Shown one piece after another: positions 11,116 through 20,558 of a stretch of DNA of 64,000 bases; within the stretch, counting starts at the first letter, position 1, and each line of letters starts with the position of its first letter. The position numbers were made by a program, and so were the translations under genes. The notes under the pieces were generated by a model. The model was not told the origin of the DNA and made no database searches. It saw only the letters and a program-made list of their open reading frames with translations. Where the stretch lies: assembly GCF_000009045.1 (NCBI RefSeq), contig NC_000964.3, positions 2,790,001-2,854,000 on the forward strand, read 5' to 3'. The stretch is from Bacillus subtilis subsp. subtilis str. 168 (GTDB lineage: Bacteria > Bacillota > Bacilli > Bacillales > Bacillaceae).

Positions 11116-11144
11116 ATTATAGACAAGCGGCACGCCGATGTCAA
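11116..11144 (-). promoter_or_regulatory. Perfect-consensus SigA promoter for alaS
   Basis: TTGACA-17 nt-TATAAT; the -35 overlaps the yrrI TGA stop. Confidence 0.9.
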
Positions 11145-12202
11145 TGCTCCGTCCTCATCCGCAAAAAATGGATCATCATTACTTTTAAAACAGCCGTCGC
11201 AGGAACAGCCAGAATCATCCCGACGATACCCGCAAGCTCCCCTCCGGCAAGGAGTGCAAGCATGATAACGACCGGATGCATTTTAAGGCTTCTGCCGACA
11301 ATGAACGGACTGAGGATATTTCCTTCCATAAACTGCAGAATAAACACCGTAATCACCACAACAAGAACCGCCTTGACTGAGATCGTCATCGCAATTAACA
11401 ACGCAGGAACAGCTCCGATGAAAGGGCCAAAATACGGGATGACATTCGTTACCCCAGAGATAAGGCCAAGTATCAGCGGATACGGAAGCCCAAATACCCA
11501 GAACGAAATGCCTGCAATCACGCCAAGAATCAAGCAGACCAAAAGCTGGCCGCGGATATAATCGCCAAGCGAATCATCCACATCCCGCAAAAAGGCGCTG
11601 CCCCGCTTTCTCCACGACTTCGGAGTCAAGTACCATACTGTCTTTTTCATTAACTCAATGTCCTTCACCATATAAAACACGAGAAAAGGGATTGTTGCAG
11701 CAATTAAGAAGTAATCAAGCACATTGCGGATCCCGCTGATCGCACCCTCGATCGTTCCCGCAAAAAACGCCTCCGTCTGGCGGATCATTTTATCTATACG
11801 GTGATGCATACCATCAGGCCAGTCATCCGTATGGTTATGCACATGAAGAAGAAGCCCGTTATACGTTTCGGCAAACATGGGTATATTTTCTGACAAATCC
11901 GTCAGCTGCACGATTAAAACAGGCACCCCTTTATACAACGCCCAGCCAATCCCGCCAAAAAAAAGAACATAAATGACCAAGATGCTCAAAGTCCTAGGCA
12001 ATCCTTTGCCATGCAGCCATTCTGTGACCGGAAGCAATAAATAAGATATAAAAATAGAAATGATCAAGGGAATAAAGATCGTTTTTATGACGAGCCAAAA
12101 GGGTGACCATAACATATCAAGCATAAAAAAGACATAGACTGTTAACAGAACCAGCAAACAAATAGCCACCCACAACAAAAGCTGCACCGGTTTTTGGAGC
12201 AT
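11141..12202 (-). CDS. yrrI: AI-2E (PerM/UPF0118) family membrane transporter
   Basis: Multi-TM; YIRGQ, IPYFGPFIG, LQFMEGNILSP, LKMHPVV. Confidence 0.88.
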   Translation of the reverse strand: MLQKPVQLLLWVAICLLVLLTVYVFFMLDMLWSPFWLVIKTIFIPLIISIFISYLLLPVTEWLHGKGLPRTLSILVIYVLFFGGIGWALYKGVPVLIVQLTDLSENIPMFAETYNGLLLHVHNHTDDWPDGMHHRIDKMIRQTEAFFAGTIEGAISGIRNVLDYFLIAATIPFLVFYMVKDIELMKKTVWYLTPKSWRKRGSAFLRDVDDSLGDYIRGQLLVCLILGVIAGISFWVFGLPYPLILGLISGVTNVIPYFGPFIGAVPALLIAMTISVKAVLVVVITVFILQFMEGNILSPFIVGRSLKMHPVVIMLALLAGGELAGIVGMILAVPATAVLKVMMIHFLRMRTEH

Positions 12203-12357
12203 CTGCTTTCACCTCACCTATATCTTTTGAGGTTTACAAGGAATTATTCTTTATGTTTCTTTAGTCAGTCAGAAGTCATGGACATTTTTTCACTTTTAAT
12301 TTTCAGAAAAGTTTGATCATTTACTTTTTGGTCAAATTTTCTGATAGGAGGATTGCG

Positions 12358-13086
12358 ATGATCACATTTCAAAATGTAAACAAGCATTACGGAGATTTTC
12401 ACGTGTTAAAACAAATTAATCTTCAAATCGAAAAAGGTGAAGTCGTTGTTATCATCGGCCCATCCGGTTCCGGTAAAAGCACATTGCTCAGATGCATCAA
12501 CAGACTTGAGTCGATCAATGAGGGAGTGCTTACAGTAAACGGCACCGCCATTAACGACAGAAAAACTGATATCAATCAAGTGCGGCAAAATATCGGGATG
12601 GTGTTTCAGCACTTTCATTTATATCCGCATAAAACAGTGCTGCAGAACATCATGCTGGCTCCGGTAAAAGTGCTTAGACAATCACCTGAACAAGCAAAGG
12701 AAACGGCGCGGTACTATCTTGAAAAAGTCGGCATCCCAGACAAGGCTGACGCCTATCCTTCCCAGCTTTCCGGCGGGCAGCAGCAGCGTGTTGCCATCGC
12801 AAGAGGACTGGCGATGAAGCCGGAGGTCATGCTGTTTGACGAGCCGACATCAGCACTTGATCCTGAAATGATCGGTGAGGTGCTAGATGTCATGAAAACA
12901 CTCGCCAAAGAAGGCATGACAATGGTTGTCGTGACACACGAAATGGGGTTTGCCAAAGAAGTTGCCGACCGGATTGTCTTCATTGACGAAGGAAAAATTT
13001 TAGAAGAAGCAGTGCCGGCTGAATTTTACGCGAACCCGAAGGAAGAACGGGCCCGCTTATTCTTAAGCCGTATTTTAAATCATTAA
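12358..13086 (+). CDS. glnQ: Polar amino-acid ABC transporter ATPase
   Basis: [20 protein letters not shown]; ATG 12358 with SD AGGAGG. Confidence 0.95.
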   Translation: MITFQNVNKHYGDFHVLKQINLQIEKGEVVVIIGPSGSGKSTLLRCINRLESINEGVLTVNGTAINDRKTDINQVRQNIGMVFQHFHLYPHKTVLQNIMLAPVKVLRQSPEQAKETARYYLEKVGIPDKADAYPSQLSGGQQQRVAIARGLAMKPEVMLFDEPTSALDPEMIGEVLDVMKTLAKEGMTMVVVTHEMGFAKEVADRIVFIDEGKILEEAVPAEFYANPKEERARLFLSRILNH

Positions 13087-13107
13087 AACAGAAATGGGGG
13101 AGCTTGT

Positions 13108-13929
13108 ATGAAAAAGATTTTTTCTTTAGCATTGATTTCTTTATTCGCTGTCATCTTGCTTGCCGCTTGCGGCAGCAAGGGATCAAACGGAGAAGCCTCA
13201 AAGGAGAGCAAAAAAGATACGCTAGCCGCCATTAAAGACAATGACAAAATTGTCTTCGGCGTAAAAACGGACACTCGACTGTTCGGTCTTAAAAATCCAA
13301 GCTCAGGTGAGATTGAGGGTTTTGATATTGATATTGCTAAACAAATCGCTAAAGACATTTTAGGTGATGAGAAAAAAGCTCAATTTAAAGAGGTCACCTC
13401 AAAAACAAGGATTCCTATGCTGCAAAACGGGGATATCGACGCCATTGTCGCCACAATGACGATCACTGAAGAACGAAAAAAGGAAGTTGACTTTTCTGAT
13501 GTCTATTTCGAGGCCGGGCAATCGCTTCTCGTGAAAAAAGGCAGCAAAATCAAGAGTGTCGAGAATCTTGGCAAAGGCTCAAAAGTTCTTGCAGTAAAAG
13601 GCTCCACCTCCTCTCAAAACATTCGTGAAAAGGCGCCTGAAGCATCTGTTTTAGAATTTGAAAACTACGCAGAAGCCTTTACAGCCCTTAAATCGGGGCA
13701 AGGCGATGCCCTCACCACAGATAATGCAATTTTATATGGAATGGCTGATGAAAATAAAAATTATCAATTAACAGGAAAGCCTTTTACAGATGAGCCTTAC
13801 GGGATCGCCGTGAAAAAAGGGCAATCTGCTCTCGCGAAAGAAATCAACGCTTCACTTAAAAAGATGAAGTCGGATGGCAGATACGATGAAATTTATAAAA
13901 AATGGATCAAAGAAGACCCAGCTGAATAA
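13108..13929 (+). CDS. glnH: Amino-acid ABC transporter binding lipoprotein
   Basis: Lipobox LAAC, GFDIDIAK, ATMTITEERKKEVDFS. Confidence 0.93.
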   Translation: MKKIFSLALISLFAVILLAACGSKGSNGEASKESKKDTLAAIKDNDKIVFGVKTDTRLFGLKNPSSGEIEGFDIDIAKQIAKDILGDEKKAQFKEVTSKTRIPMLQNGDIDAIVATMTITEERKKEVDFSDVYFEAGQSLLVKKGSKIKSVENLGKGSKVLAVKGSTSSQNIREKAPEASVLEFENYAEAFTALKSGQGDALTTDNAILYGMADENKNYQLTGKPFTDEPYGIAVKKGQSALAKEINASLKKMKSDGRYDEIYKKWIKEDPAE

Positions 13930-13939
13930 CAACCATCCC

Positions 13940-13964
13940 GGGATGAGCAGGCGATGCTCATCCC
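13940..13964 (+). other. Intercistronic stem-loop between glnH and glnM (no U-tract)
   Basis: GGGATGAGC-aggcgat-GCTCATCCC, 9-bp stem. Confidence 0.6.
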
Positions 13965-13989
13965 AATTTGATAAGGAGTGAATAGGCAG

Positions 13990-14640
13990 ATGAATGTGTC
14001 AATTCTTTTCGATAACTTCAGCATGTATATGGACGGTTTTTACCATACCTTGCTCGCAAGTGTTATCGCGCTGGCCGGCAGTTTTGTCCTCGGCGTTGCT
14101 GTAGCGGTTATGAGAATAACAGTCTTTAAGCCGCTGCAATGGCTCGGGACCGCATATGTAGAATTCATCCGCAACATCCCTCTTCTTTTAATTACCTTTG
14201 TTTTCTATTTCGGACTTCCAAACGCAGGCCTGAGGCTTGACGGTTTTCAAGCGGGAACGGTTGCTCTCACCATTTATACCTCTGCGTTTATCGCTGAAGC
14301 CATCAGAGCAGGCATCCAGTCTGTTTCAAAAGGGCAGATGGAAGCGGCACGCTCGTCAGGCTTTACCTACAGCCAAGCCATGCTCCATATCATTTTGCCG
14401 CAGGCAATCAAAATCGTCATTCCGCCTTTAGGCAATCAATTTTTAAACTTAGTCAAAAACTCTTCGATTCTTGGGGTTGTGGCCGGATTGGATCTTATGT
14501 ACCAAGCCGATTTAGTTTCGTCGAGCACACTCGTTGTATTTGATGTTTATATTTTTGTGGCGCTTTTTTACTTAGTGCTGACGATTCCGCTTAGCATCGG
14601 TGTTAACTATCTGGAAAAACGGCTGGAAAAAAGCTATTGA
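13990..14640 (+). CDS. glnM: Amino-acid ABC permease
   Basis: FIRNIPLL, AEAIRAG, EAARSSG motif. Confidence 0.93.
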   Translation: MNVSILFDNFSMYMDGFYHTLLASVIALAGSFVLGVAVAVMRITVFKPLQWLGTAYVEFIRNIPLLLITFVFYFGLPNAGLRLDGFQAGTVALTIYTSAFIAEAIRAGIQSVSKGQMEAARSSGFTYSQAMLHIILPQAIKIVIPPLGNQFLNLVKNSSILGVVAGLDLMYQADLVSSSTLVVFDVYIFVALFYLVLTIPLSIGVNYLEKRLEKSY

Positions 14641-14656
14641 TAAGGAGTGAGTTACA

Positions 14657-15313
14657 TTGGATTTCATCGGTGCTTATTCACAGGAGCATTTAGCGTTTTT
14701 ATGGGATGGCTTTCTCGTCACCTTGTACGTTGCTTTCATCTCCATCATTCTGAGCTTTTTCTTCGGTTTAATCGCAGGCACCCTGCGTTATGCGAAAGTT
14801 CCCGTTCTTTCTCAATTGATTGCAGTTCTCGTTGAAACGATCAGAAACCTCCCCTTGCTGTTAATTATTTTCTTTACGTTTTTTGCCCTTCCGGAAATTG
14901 GGATTAAGCTTGAAATTACAGCTGCTGCAATTACAGCACTAACGATTTTTGAATCCGCTATGCTATCTGAAATTATCCGAAGCGGACTGAAATCAATTGA
15001 CAAAGGACAAATTGAAGCGGCGCGCTCCTCCGGGCTGAGCTATACACAGACCCTGTTCTTTATCGTTATGCCGCAAGCGCTTCGCCGCATGGTTCCGCCC
15101 ATCGTAAGCCAGTTTATTTCTTTATTAAAAGATACATCGCTCGCTGTTGTGATCGCCCTGCCTGAACTGATTCACAACGCGCAAATTATTAACGGCCAAA
15201 GCGCTGACGGCAGTTATTTTTTCCCGATCTTTTTACTTGCGGCCCTTATGTATTTCGCAGTCAACTACAGCCTTTCACTCGCAGCAAGACGCCTCGAGGT
15301 CCGGCAAACATAG
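14657..15313 (+). CDS. glnP: Amino-acid ABC permease
   Basis: TTG start, IRNLPLL, SEIIRSG, EAARSSG. Confidence 0.93.
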   Translation: MDFIGAYSQEHLAFLWDGFLVTLYVAFISIILSFFFGLIAGTLRYAKVPVLSQLIAVLVETIRNLPLLLIIFFTFFALPEIGIKLEITAAAITALTIFESAMLSEIIRSGLKSIDKGQIEAARSSGLSYTQTLFFIVMPQALRRMVPPIVSQFISLLKDTSLAVVIALPELIHNAQIINGQSADGSYFFPIFLLAALMYFAVNYSLSLAARRLEVRQT

Positions 15314-15344
15314 AAAAGGATACTCTTTGGAGAGTATCCTTTTT
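15314..15344. terminator. Bidirectional terminator glnP/yrzQ
   Basis: AAAAGGATACTCT-ttgg-AGAGTATCCTTTT. Confidence 0.88.
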
Positions 15345-15347
15345 GCA

Positions 15348-15479
15348 TTAAAACATTTTCGTAATTCTTCTTCTCATCCGCTTCATGCTTCGATTATTCA
15401 GCATGTCAGATTGAGTCGCCATTCGGTACACGAGAGCTCCGGCTCCCATTGCCAAAAGAGAAGTCATCGTCCGATTCAT
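15348..15479 (-). CDS. yrzQ: 43-aa small protein (missing from the ORF track)
   Basis: SD AAAGGAG; MNRTMTSLLAMGAGALVYRMATQSDMLNNRSMKRMRRRITKMF. Confidence 0.75.
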   Translation of the reverse strand: MNRTMTSLLAMGAGALVYRMATQSDMLNNRSMKRMRRRITKMF

Positions 15480-15500
15480 CCTGCGCATCTCCTTTCATGA

Positions 15501-15692
15501 TTAAAAATTGATGCTGCGTTCATCCTCAGAAAACAAATCATCCAAGCTGCTTAACGTTCCGTCTTCTTCCACCTGATGAGTTGCAATCTTCCCTTTCGCC
15601 ACTGTCAGTTCAATAAAACAGCCCCAGCAATAATATTGGTTCACGCCGATTTTGCCGATATCCTTACTTTTGCAATTCGGGCATATAAGCAT
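15501..15692 (-). CDS. yrzR: 63-aa small protein with CxxC...CxxC zinc-ribbon-like motif
   Basis: CPNC...CWGC; SD GAGGTG. Confidence 0.78.
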   Translation of the reverse strand: MLICPNCKSKDIGKIGVNQYYCWGCFIELTVAKGKIATHQVEEDGTLSSLDDLFSEDERSINF

Positions 15693-15703
15693 ACCTCACA
15701 CCT

Positions 15704-16228
15704 CTATCCGTTCAGAACGATCTCGTCTTTCCGCACCTCGACAAGCGAATCCGCTCTTTGGATCTGGCGCTTGCTTCCCGCCAGGTCAGAAAAGAAACCG
15801 TCCGAGAGTTCATATGCTACGATTATGCCCCTGTCCAAACAAAAGTATACATCTTCCAGCATCCCCAATATATCCCCCTCTTGCGATTTCACAAGCTTCA
15901 TCTTCATCTGCTCGTATGTGAAGCATGATTTCGGAAGAGGCAAAAGCTGTTCTGAACTGACCGAAGCCAATATGCGGTCATCAAAAATGGAAGAGATATC
16001 ACACGCCCGTAATAGCGCATGATGATGATGCAAAAAGCGTTTTTGTGCAAGAATAAACCCAAGACAATCTCCTTTCAGAGAAAAACAAATATCGGAAATT
16101 GTCCCGAGATAACTAGAAGTTCGTTCTGAGTATACTGGGAATCCTTCTACTTCATGGCATGTTCTCAAAGTGTGATCAACCACCTTTTGTTGAACAGGCT
16201 TAGGTTTTGCTTTGCGCCTTAGACTCAT
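15704..16228 (-). CDS. yrrD: Tandem PRC-barrel protein (start may be TTG at 16168)
   Basis: Two LG-x-[IL]-x-D-[IV]-x-F repeats (YLGTISDICF, ILGMLEDVYF). Confidence 0.8.
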   Translation of the reverse strand: MSLRRKAKPKPVQQKVVDHTLRTCHEVEGFPVYSERTSSYLGTISDICFSLKGDCLGFILAQKRFLHHHHALLRACDISSIFDDRILASVSSEQLLPLPKSCFTYEQMKMKLVKSQEGDILGMLEDVYFCLDRGIIVAYELSDGFFSDLAGSKRQIQRADSLVEVRKDEIVLNG

Positions 16229-16254
16229 ACGATGAAATCAATTCCACTGCAAAT

Positions 16255-16282
16255 GAAAAAAAACTCCCGCTTGCACGGGAGC
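16255..16282 (-). terminator. recD2 terminator
   Basis: GCTCCCG-tgcaag-CGGGAGT then poly-T. Confidence 0.82.
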
Positions 16283-16285
16283 ATT

Positions 16286-18682
16286 TTATTGCTGTTCTTC
16301 TTTCATAAAATCGAATGGTGTAATGCCTTCCATGCCAATGTTGGCGTCGTGTACGCTGAACGGGAGCTCTTTTTGCAAAGCTTCAAGCTCGGCATCCATT
16401 TCCTCAACCTGTACGGACAGCCTGTTTTTCAAGGAGGTCTGTCTGACAGTTGCATCATTATTTTTCACGCCCCACTCCAGCGCCTCCTCTTCCCCGCATA
16501 AAATGAGAAATTTCTTCGCTCTTGTAATCGCGGTATAAAGAAGGTTTCTTCTGAGCATTCTATAATAGCCTTTCACAACAGGCAAAACCACAATCGGAAA
16601 TTCACTTCCCTGCGATTTATGAATAGAACAGCAATACGCATGGGTAAATTGATTAAAATCTTTTTTCGTAAATGTCATTTCATTGCCGTCAAAAGAAACG
16701 ACGGCCATGTCTTCTTTTTCTGTATTTTCCTTTGCATAAAATATCGACGTGATTTCGCCAATATCTCCGTTGAACACATTGTTTTCCGGCTGATTGACAA
16801 GCTGCAAAATTTTATCTCCGGTTCTGTAGACAACATCCCCGAACTTCAATTCTCTCCGTTTTTCTTTAGGAGGATTTAAAATGTCCTGCAGCATCACATT
16901 CAATTCATTAATGCCGGCTTTTCCTCTGTACATCGGAGCGAGGACCTGAATGTCCTTTGCTGTATAGCCTTTTTTCAATGCATTGGCGACAACCTTCTCA
17001 ACTACTTCTTTGATTTGCGACCCGCCGCAGCGAATAAAGGAACGGTCCTTTGTCGGGGCAGTCAAATTGTTCGGCAGCAATCCATTTTTCATCTGGTGGG
17101 CAAGCTCGACGATTGATGACCCTTCTGCCTGGCGATAGATGTCTGTCAGTCTCACAGTCGGAATCACCTGGGATGCCAGCAGGTCTCTGAGCACTTGTCC
17201 CGGACCGACGGAAGGCAGCTGGTCTTCGTCTCCGACAATGATGATTTGTATATGATCAGGGATCGCCTTGAACAAATGATTCGCCAGCCATATATCAAGC
17301 ATACTGGCTTCATCGATAATTAACAGCTTCCCTTCGATCGGCTGATCCTCTGTATGAGTAAAGCCTTCAGCGCCGTTCCAGCCAAGCAGCCTGTGTATCG
17401 TAACTGCAGGGAGTCCCGTTGATTCACTCATCCGTTTTGCTGCTCTCCCTGTCGGAGCGGCCAAAACAATCGGAAAAGCTTCATCCTTTTTATAAGCTGA
17501 CGGGTCTAGTGACACACCGTGAAGCTCTCCGTAGAGCTCGACAATCCCTCTGATTACCGTCGTTTTTCCTGTTCCCGGGCCGCCTGTTAAAAGAAGCATC
17601 GGCGAGGAAAGGGCTTTTTGAATCGCTTCCTTCTGGCTGGGGGCATACTGAACGTCCATCCGTTCTTCCAGTTCTCCCAACGCGAGCAAAAACTCTGATT
17701 CGGGAAACTGGTTCTCATATTCGGTTTGGCTAGCGATATGTTTCACACGCTTTGCAACGTTTTGTTCTGCGTAAAACAGCGAAGGAAAATAACAGCGGCC
17801 ATCTTCTATGACAATGTCTTTATTTTCTCCAAGGGCAATAATTGCGTTAGCGGCATCCATTTCTGTAATGCGCTGCCCTTCCCTTGCTGACTGGTTTAAC
17901 AGTGATTGAGTGTCGATGATCAGCTGTTCCGTTTCTATGTACGTGTGCCCCTCTGACAGACAAGTCGTTTCAAGCGTGTACAAAATAGCAGCTTTTACCC
18001 GCTCAGGATGATTACCCGAAAGACCCATTCTGCTGCCCAGCTCATCCGCTTTTCCAAACCCGATGCCTTCTACATCCTTCACAAGCTGATAAGGATTTTC
18101 CTGAATCTTTTCAAGCGTCTCGGATTCATAGGCTTGATAGATTTTCATAGACAGCTGCGGGCCAAAGCCAAACTGATTCAAGGAAATCATGATTTGCTCC
18201 AGTCCCTGATGCCGCTGCAATGCGCCAGCCAGCGTGTCTGCTTTCTTTTTTGAGAGTCTGGGAACATCATAAAGCACTGAAGCATCAGCCAATATTTTAT
18301 TAATGGCGCTGTCGCCCAGCTTTTTCACAATTTCTTCAGCTGTTTTTTTGCCGATCCCCTCGAATAAATCACTCGATAAATATTGAATGATGCCTTCCTT
18401 AGTCGTTGGAATCTCCTTTTTGAAATGCTCCGCCTGAAATTGGAGCCCGAATTTTGGATGGGTTACGATCTTTCCGTAAAACGTGTAGGTCTCTTCTTCT
18501 TGAAGCGCAGGGAAGTAGCCCGTCACGGATACGGCTTTATCTTCAATGGCTTCGGAGGTCTCTGTGACTTTCACTTTCAGAACCGTATATAAATTGGTGT
18601 CATTATGATAGATGACTGTGTTGACTGTCCCTTTTAAATAGGGCTCTTCCTCCAGTTTAAGCTGATCCGGATGCTGCTGCAC
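16286..18682 (-). CDS. recD2: SF1B helicase RecD2 (YrrC)
   Basis: TGGPGTGKT, DEASM, GDEDQLPSVGPG, SIHKSQGSEF, N-terminal HhH region; GTG start. Confidence 0.95.
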   Translation of the reverse strand: MQQHPDQLKLEEEPYLKGTVNTVIYHNDTNLYTVLKVKVTETSEAIEDKAVSVTGYFPALQEEETYTFYGKIVTHPKFGLQFQAEHFKKEIPTTKEGIIQYLSSDLFEGIGKKTAEEIVKKLGDSAINKILADASVLYDVPRLSKKKADTLAGALQRHQGLEQIMISLNQFGFGPQLSMKIYQAYESETLEKIQENPYQLVKDVEGIGFGKADELGSRMGLSGNHPERVKAAILYTLETTCLSEGHTYIETEQLIIDTQSLLNQSAREGQRITEMDAANAIIALGENKDIVIEDGRCYFPSLFYAEQNVAKRVKHIASQTEYENQFPESEFLLALGELEERMDVQYAPSQKEAIQKALSSPMLLLTGGPGTGKTTVIRGIVELYGELHGVSLDPSAYKKDEAFPIVLAAPTGRAAKRMSESTGLPAVTIHRLLGWNGAEGFTHTEDQPIEGKLLIIDEASMLDIWLANHLFKAIPDHIQIIIVGDEDQLPSVGPGQVLRDLLASQVIPTVRLTDIYRQAEGSSIVELAHQMKNGLLPNNLTAPTKDRSFIRCGGSQIKEVVEKVVANALKKGYTAKDIQVLAPMYRGKAGINELNVMLQDILNPPKEKRRELKFGDVVYRTGDKILQLVNQPENNVFNGDIGEITSIFYAKENTEKEDMAVVSFDGNEMTFTKKDFNQFTHAYCCSIHKSQGSEFPIVVLPVVKGYYRMLRRNLLYTAITRAKKFLILCGEEEALEWGVKNNDATVRQTSLKNRLSVQVEEMDAELEALQKELPFSVHDANIGMEGITPFDFMKEEQQ

Positions 18683-18706
18683 GAGCTGTCCCTCCTCCTG
18701 TGCCTG

Positions 18707-19357
18707 TTATGATGGATCAATCAGTTTTTTAGCATGAAGCGCAAGCATATGATCTGGCTGGATATCGATTGCCTTGTCCAGCATTTCCAGCGCTTTTTCT
18801 CGGTTTTCTTTATAAGCATAAGTGACACCGGCATTATAAAATGCATCTGCATGCCCCGGGTCTTGCTCTGTCACAGCTGCGAATTGGCTGAGCGCTTCGT
18901 CCAGCATGCCCTCGTTGGCTAAGCACATCCCGAATTGAAAACGCGCTTCCGTATCGTTTTCATTCAGTTCGACTGCTCTTTGTAAATATGGCAGTGCAAG
19001 CTTAGGCTGTTCGAGCTTGACAAGTACCGTTCCGAGCATGTAAAACAGGTCGCCGTTTTCCATCCCCGCACGTAGCGCTTTTTCAAACATGTCTTTCGCT
19101 TCTTTGTACATTTCTTTTACAACATAGACATTTCCTGCTCCATAATAAGCAGTGGCTGCGCTACTGTCTAATTCAAGCGCTTTATCATAAAACGCAAGCG
19201 CACGTTCCAGCTCGTTTACGGATGAAAGAAGGTTGGCAAAATTGATATACGGAATCGCGTCTTCTTTATTTTCTTCAATCGCTTTTGTAAATGCCTCTGC
19301 CGCTTTCTCGTAATCGCCTTCCTGCATCGCCTCTATACCGAGTTGATTATAATCCAC
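18707..19357 (-). CDS. yrrB: TPR-repeat protein
   Basis: About six TPR-like repeats; GTG 19357 has SD AAAGGAAG, whereas ATG 19327 has no well-spaced SD. Confidence 0.88.
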   Translation of the reverse strand: MDYNQLGIEAMQEGDYEKAAEAFTKAIEENKEDAIPYINFANLLSSVNELERALAFYDKALELDSSAATAYYGAGNVYVVKEMYKEAKDMFEKALRAGMENGDLFYMLGTVLVKLEQPKLALPYLQRAVELNENDTEARFQFGMCLANEGMLDEALSQFAAVTEQDPGHADAFYNAGVTYAYKENREKALEMLDKAIDIQPDHMLALHAKKLIDPS

Positions 19358-19376
19358 CGATCATCTTCCTTTCATT

Positions 19377-19407
19377 AAAAAACCCCAACTCAGTGTTGAG
19401 GTTTTTC
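19377..19407 (-). terminator. Terminator-like hairpin after mnmA
   Basis: AAAACCTCAAC-actga-GTTGGGGTTTTTT. Confidence 0.7.
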
Positions 19408-19412
19408 ATCTT

Positions 19413-20555
<1,143 letters not shown>

Positions 20556-20558
20556 TTA

